A program made the translations under genes and the position numbers. A DNA stretch of 64,000 nucleotides from NCBI GenBank assembly GCA_043228905.1, contig JBHGNT010000011.1, positions 11,594,001 to 11,658,000 of the forward strand. The letters are read 5' to 3'. The notes under the pieces are model-generated. The model saw only the letters and a program-made list of their open reading frames with translations, had not been told where the DNA came from and did no database searches. The stretch is from Azolla caroliniana. Lineage: Eukaryota; Plantae; Polypodiophyta. Below, in pieces: positions 61,989-64,000 of this stretch. Within the stretch, counting starts at the first letter, position 1, and the number at the start of each line of letters is the position of its first letter.

Positions 61989-64000
61989 TGTGAATACGGC
62001 CAATGTGAATACGGCCATTATACATTCGTATTCGACACTCCCCCGTAATGGGCGTATACATGGGTTATCTGAAATTACAGGTATATACAAGGTTTATCAG
62101 ACATATTGGTTTTGTTCGAGTCGGCAAGATCTAAAGATAGAAGACCGAACCGGTTGGGTTGGAAGAGTTGAAGCTGATCCTCAAAGGACCGATGTCGGTT
62201 GTCTGAAACCATCCTATGTTGTGGGTCCGACTTTAATCGGACCGATTTTTCGTTACGCCCATCTAGTGTCTAAGGGATCAGAAGCGGTCCGCCGAAAGAC
62301 ACTTGGTCATTCCATCTGCGACATTATCGGTTGTGGATATCTTTTTGAGACCGATTTTCCCTTAAATGACGCAGTCCTGAACAAAGTGATATCGAACGTC
62401 GATATGCTTGGAGGCGTTGTGGTGAACCAGATTTTTTGACAAAGCAACAACACCCTGCCTATCATTGTAGACAATTGGAGCCGAGTCAAAGTCGACTTGT
62501 CAAAACGTGTGCGCCACCGACCGAGCCATAAAGCTTCTTTCGCCGCGTCGGATGCAGCTACATATTCCGCTTCGGTCGTTGAGGTGGTTGTGCACTCCTG
62601 AAGTTTCGACTTCCATGAGATTGCTCCATTGCCGAATTTGAAACAATATCCGGTTGTTGATTTCCGACTGTCCACGCAGTCGGTGTAACCGACTACGCCT
62701 GAGGTTAAGTTCGGGCCAAAAAGAATGTCGTGGTCTTTTGGGCCAGCTAGATATCTGAACACGTGCTTGAATATGTTCCAGTACGATCGGCTTGGGTTGT
62801 GCATGAATCTGCTGATGACTCCTACGGCGTGAGAAATATCAGGCCGTGTCGCGACCATCGCGTACATAAGGGAGCCGATTGCCGGTGCATATAGTACTGA
62901 CTTCATATCTTCCCCCTCCGAACTGGATGTCGAGTAGTCTCGCTGAGACAACCGAAGGTTAATGGGGAGTGGGGTCGAAGCAGACTTGGCTGAGTGCATG
63001 TTGAAGCGTTCCAAGATACATCCGATGTAGTCGGTTTGAGACAAGAAAAGTTGTCGTTTATCGCGATGCCGACTAATCTTCATGCCGAGTATGTGTCTTG
63101 CCGGACCGAGGTCCTTCATGGAAAACTTCAACCGCAGTTTCCGAACGAGTTCGGTGAGCTCTCCGGCATGTCGGCCGGAGAGTAGCATGTCGTCCACGTA
63201 AATGATGAGGAAGACAAGAGACCCGCCTTGAGCTGTTTTGGTGAAGAGACAGTGGTCCTCATCGCTCTTGGAGAAATCGATCGACTAGATGAAGTCGTTG
63301 AACTTCTTGTACCACTGTCGAGGTGCTTGTTTCAGGCCATATAAGCTCTTCCTGAGTCGATAGACTAGATGTTCCTGGCCGGATGCCACAAAGCCTTTTG
63401 GCTGTTCCATATAGATTTCCTCCTGTAGGTCACCGTGGAGGAATGCCGTTTTTACATCTAACTGAATCAGCTCCAAGTTGTCGGCAGCCACAATGCCGAG
63501 CATGAAATGAAGGGTTGTCATTTTCACCACTGGTGAAAAGATTTTGTCGAAGTCGACGCCATATTCTTATCGAAATCCCTTTGCAACTAATCTGGCCTTG
63601 TACTTTGGGTTGGTCGAGTCGAACGTCTCTTTTAGTCGATAGACCCACTTACACGGAACAAGACATTGATTCTCCGGTAATTCGACCAAGTCCCAAGTCT
63701 TGTTTGCGCGAATGGAGTGCATTTCCGACTCCATCGGCAGATGCCAGGTGGCTAAGTCGGCAGATGCCGATGCTTCTTCGTAAGATGTCGGTTCGTCGGC
63801 ATCGGTAAAGAAAATTTCGGGAGAGTACCTTTCCGAAGGTTGTGATAGTCTCTCGGATCTTCGAGGTATGACTGGACTGGTCGCACCGGGTATAGGTGTC
63901 GAATGGTCGGAAGCCGAGCCATTCTGCTCTGCTGAATTGCTGGATTCTGGACGAGAGGTGTCGGTTACCCGTGAAACTGATCTCATGTTGTGGGTTGGGC
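61989..64000 (-). mobile_element. 3' part of Ty1/copia H (RT-RNase H, PPT, LTR start), runs off the window
   Basis: EPTSYEEA, YKARLVAKG, QLDVKTAFLHG, LYGLKQAPRQW, YVDDML, STTEAEY; PPT CGGGGGAG at 62038-62045 followed by TGTCGAATAC. Confidence 0.92.

Overview
Land-plant nuclear DNA, probably from a non-seed plant such as a fern (inferred from the TE lineages). One intact host gene (5-exon UBR7-like E3 ligase, minus strand, 32542-35891) lies between two nests of LTR retrotransposons. Left nest: copia A (4984-25558) contains a solo LTR and chromoviral gypsy B; B contains a (TAC)n-edged insert and pol-less element C; C contains pol-less element D. Right nest: copia G (38420-60730) contains gypsy F, which contains gypsy E and a solo LTR. 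Also present are a Mutator-like element with ~200-bp TIRs, two LINE remnants, a SINE-like head and the 3' end of copia H. The most striking observation is that elements D and E have no polypurine tract. In its place, 2 nt before the 3' LTR, both carry a tRNA-Arg-like 3' half ending in CCA (an inward-facing second PBS) with an extra covarying hairpin, directly after a conserved extra coiled-coil ORF. This is a candidate non-canonical plus-strand priming system. Other leads are tRNA-spaced Pol III A/B boxes inside three different LTRs, a ~1,270-codon Gag-N-terminus/repeat fusion ORF, and CG-centred 4-bp target sites. All boundaries were read by eye, and tRNA and lineage assignments come from recalled consensus sequences and need database confirmation.
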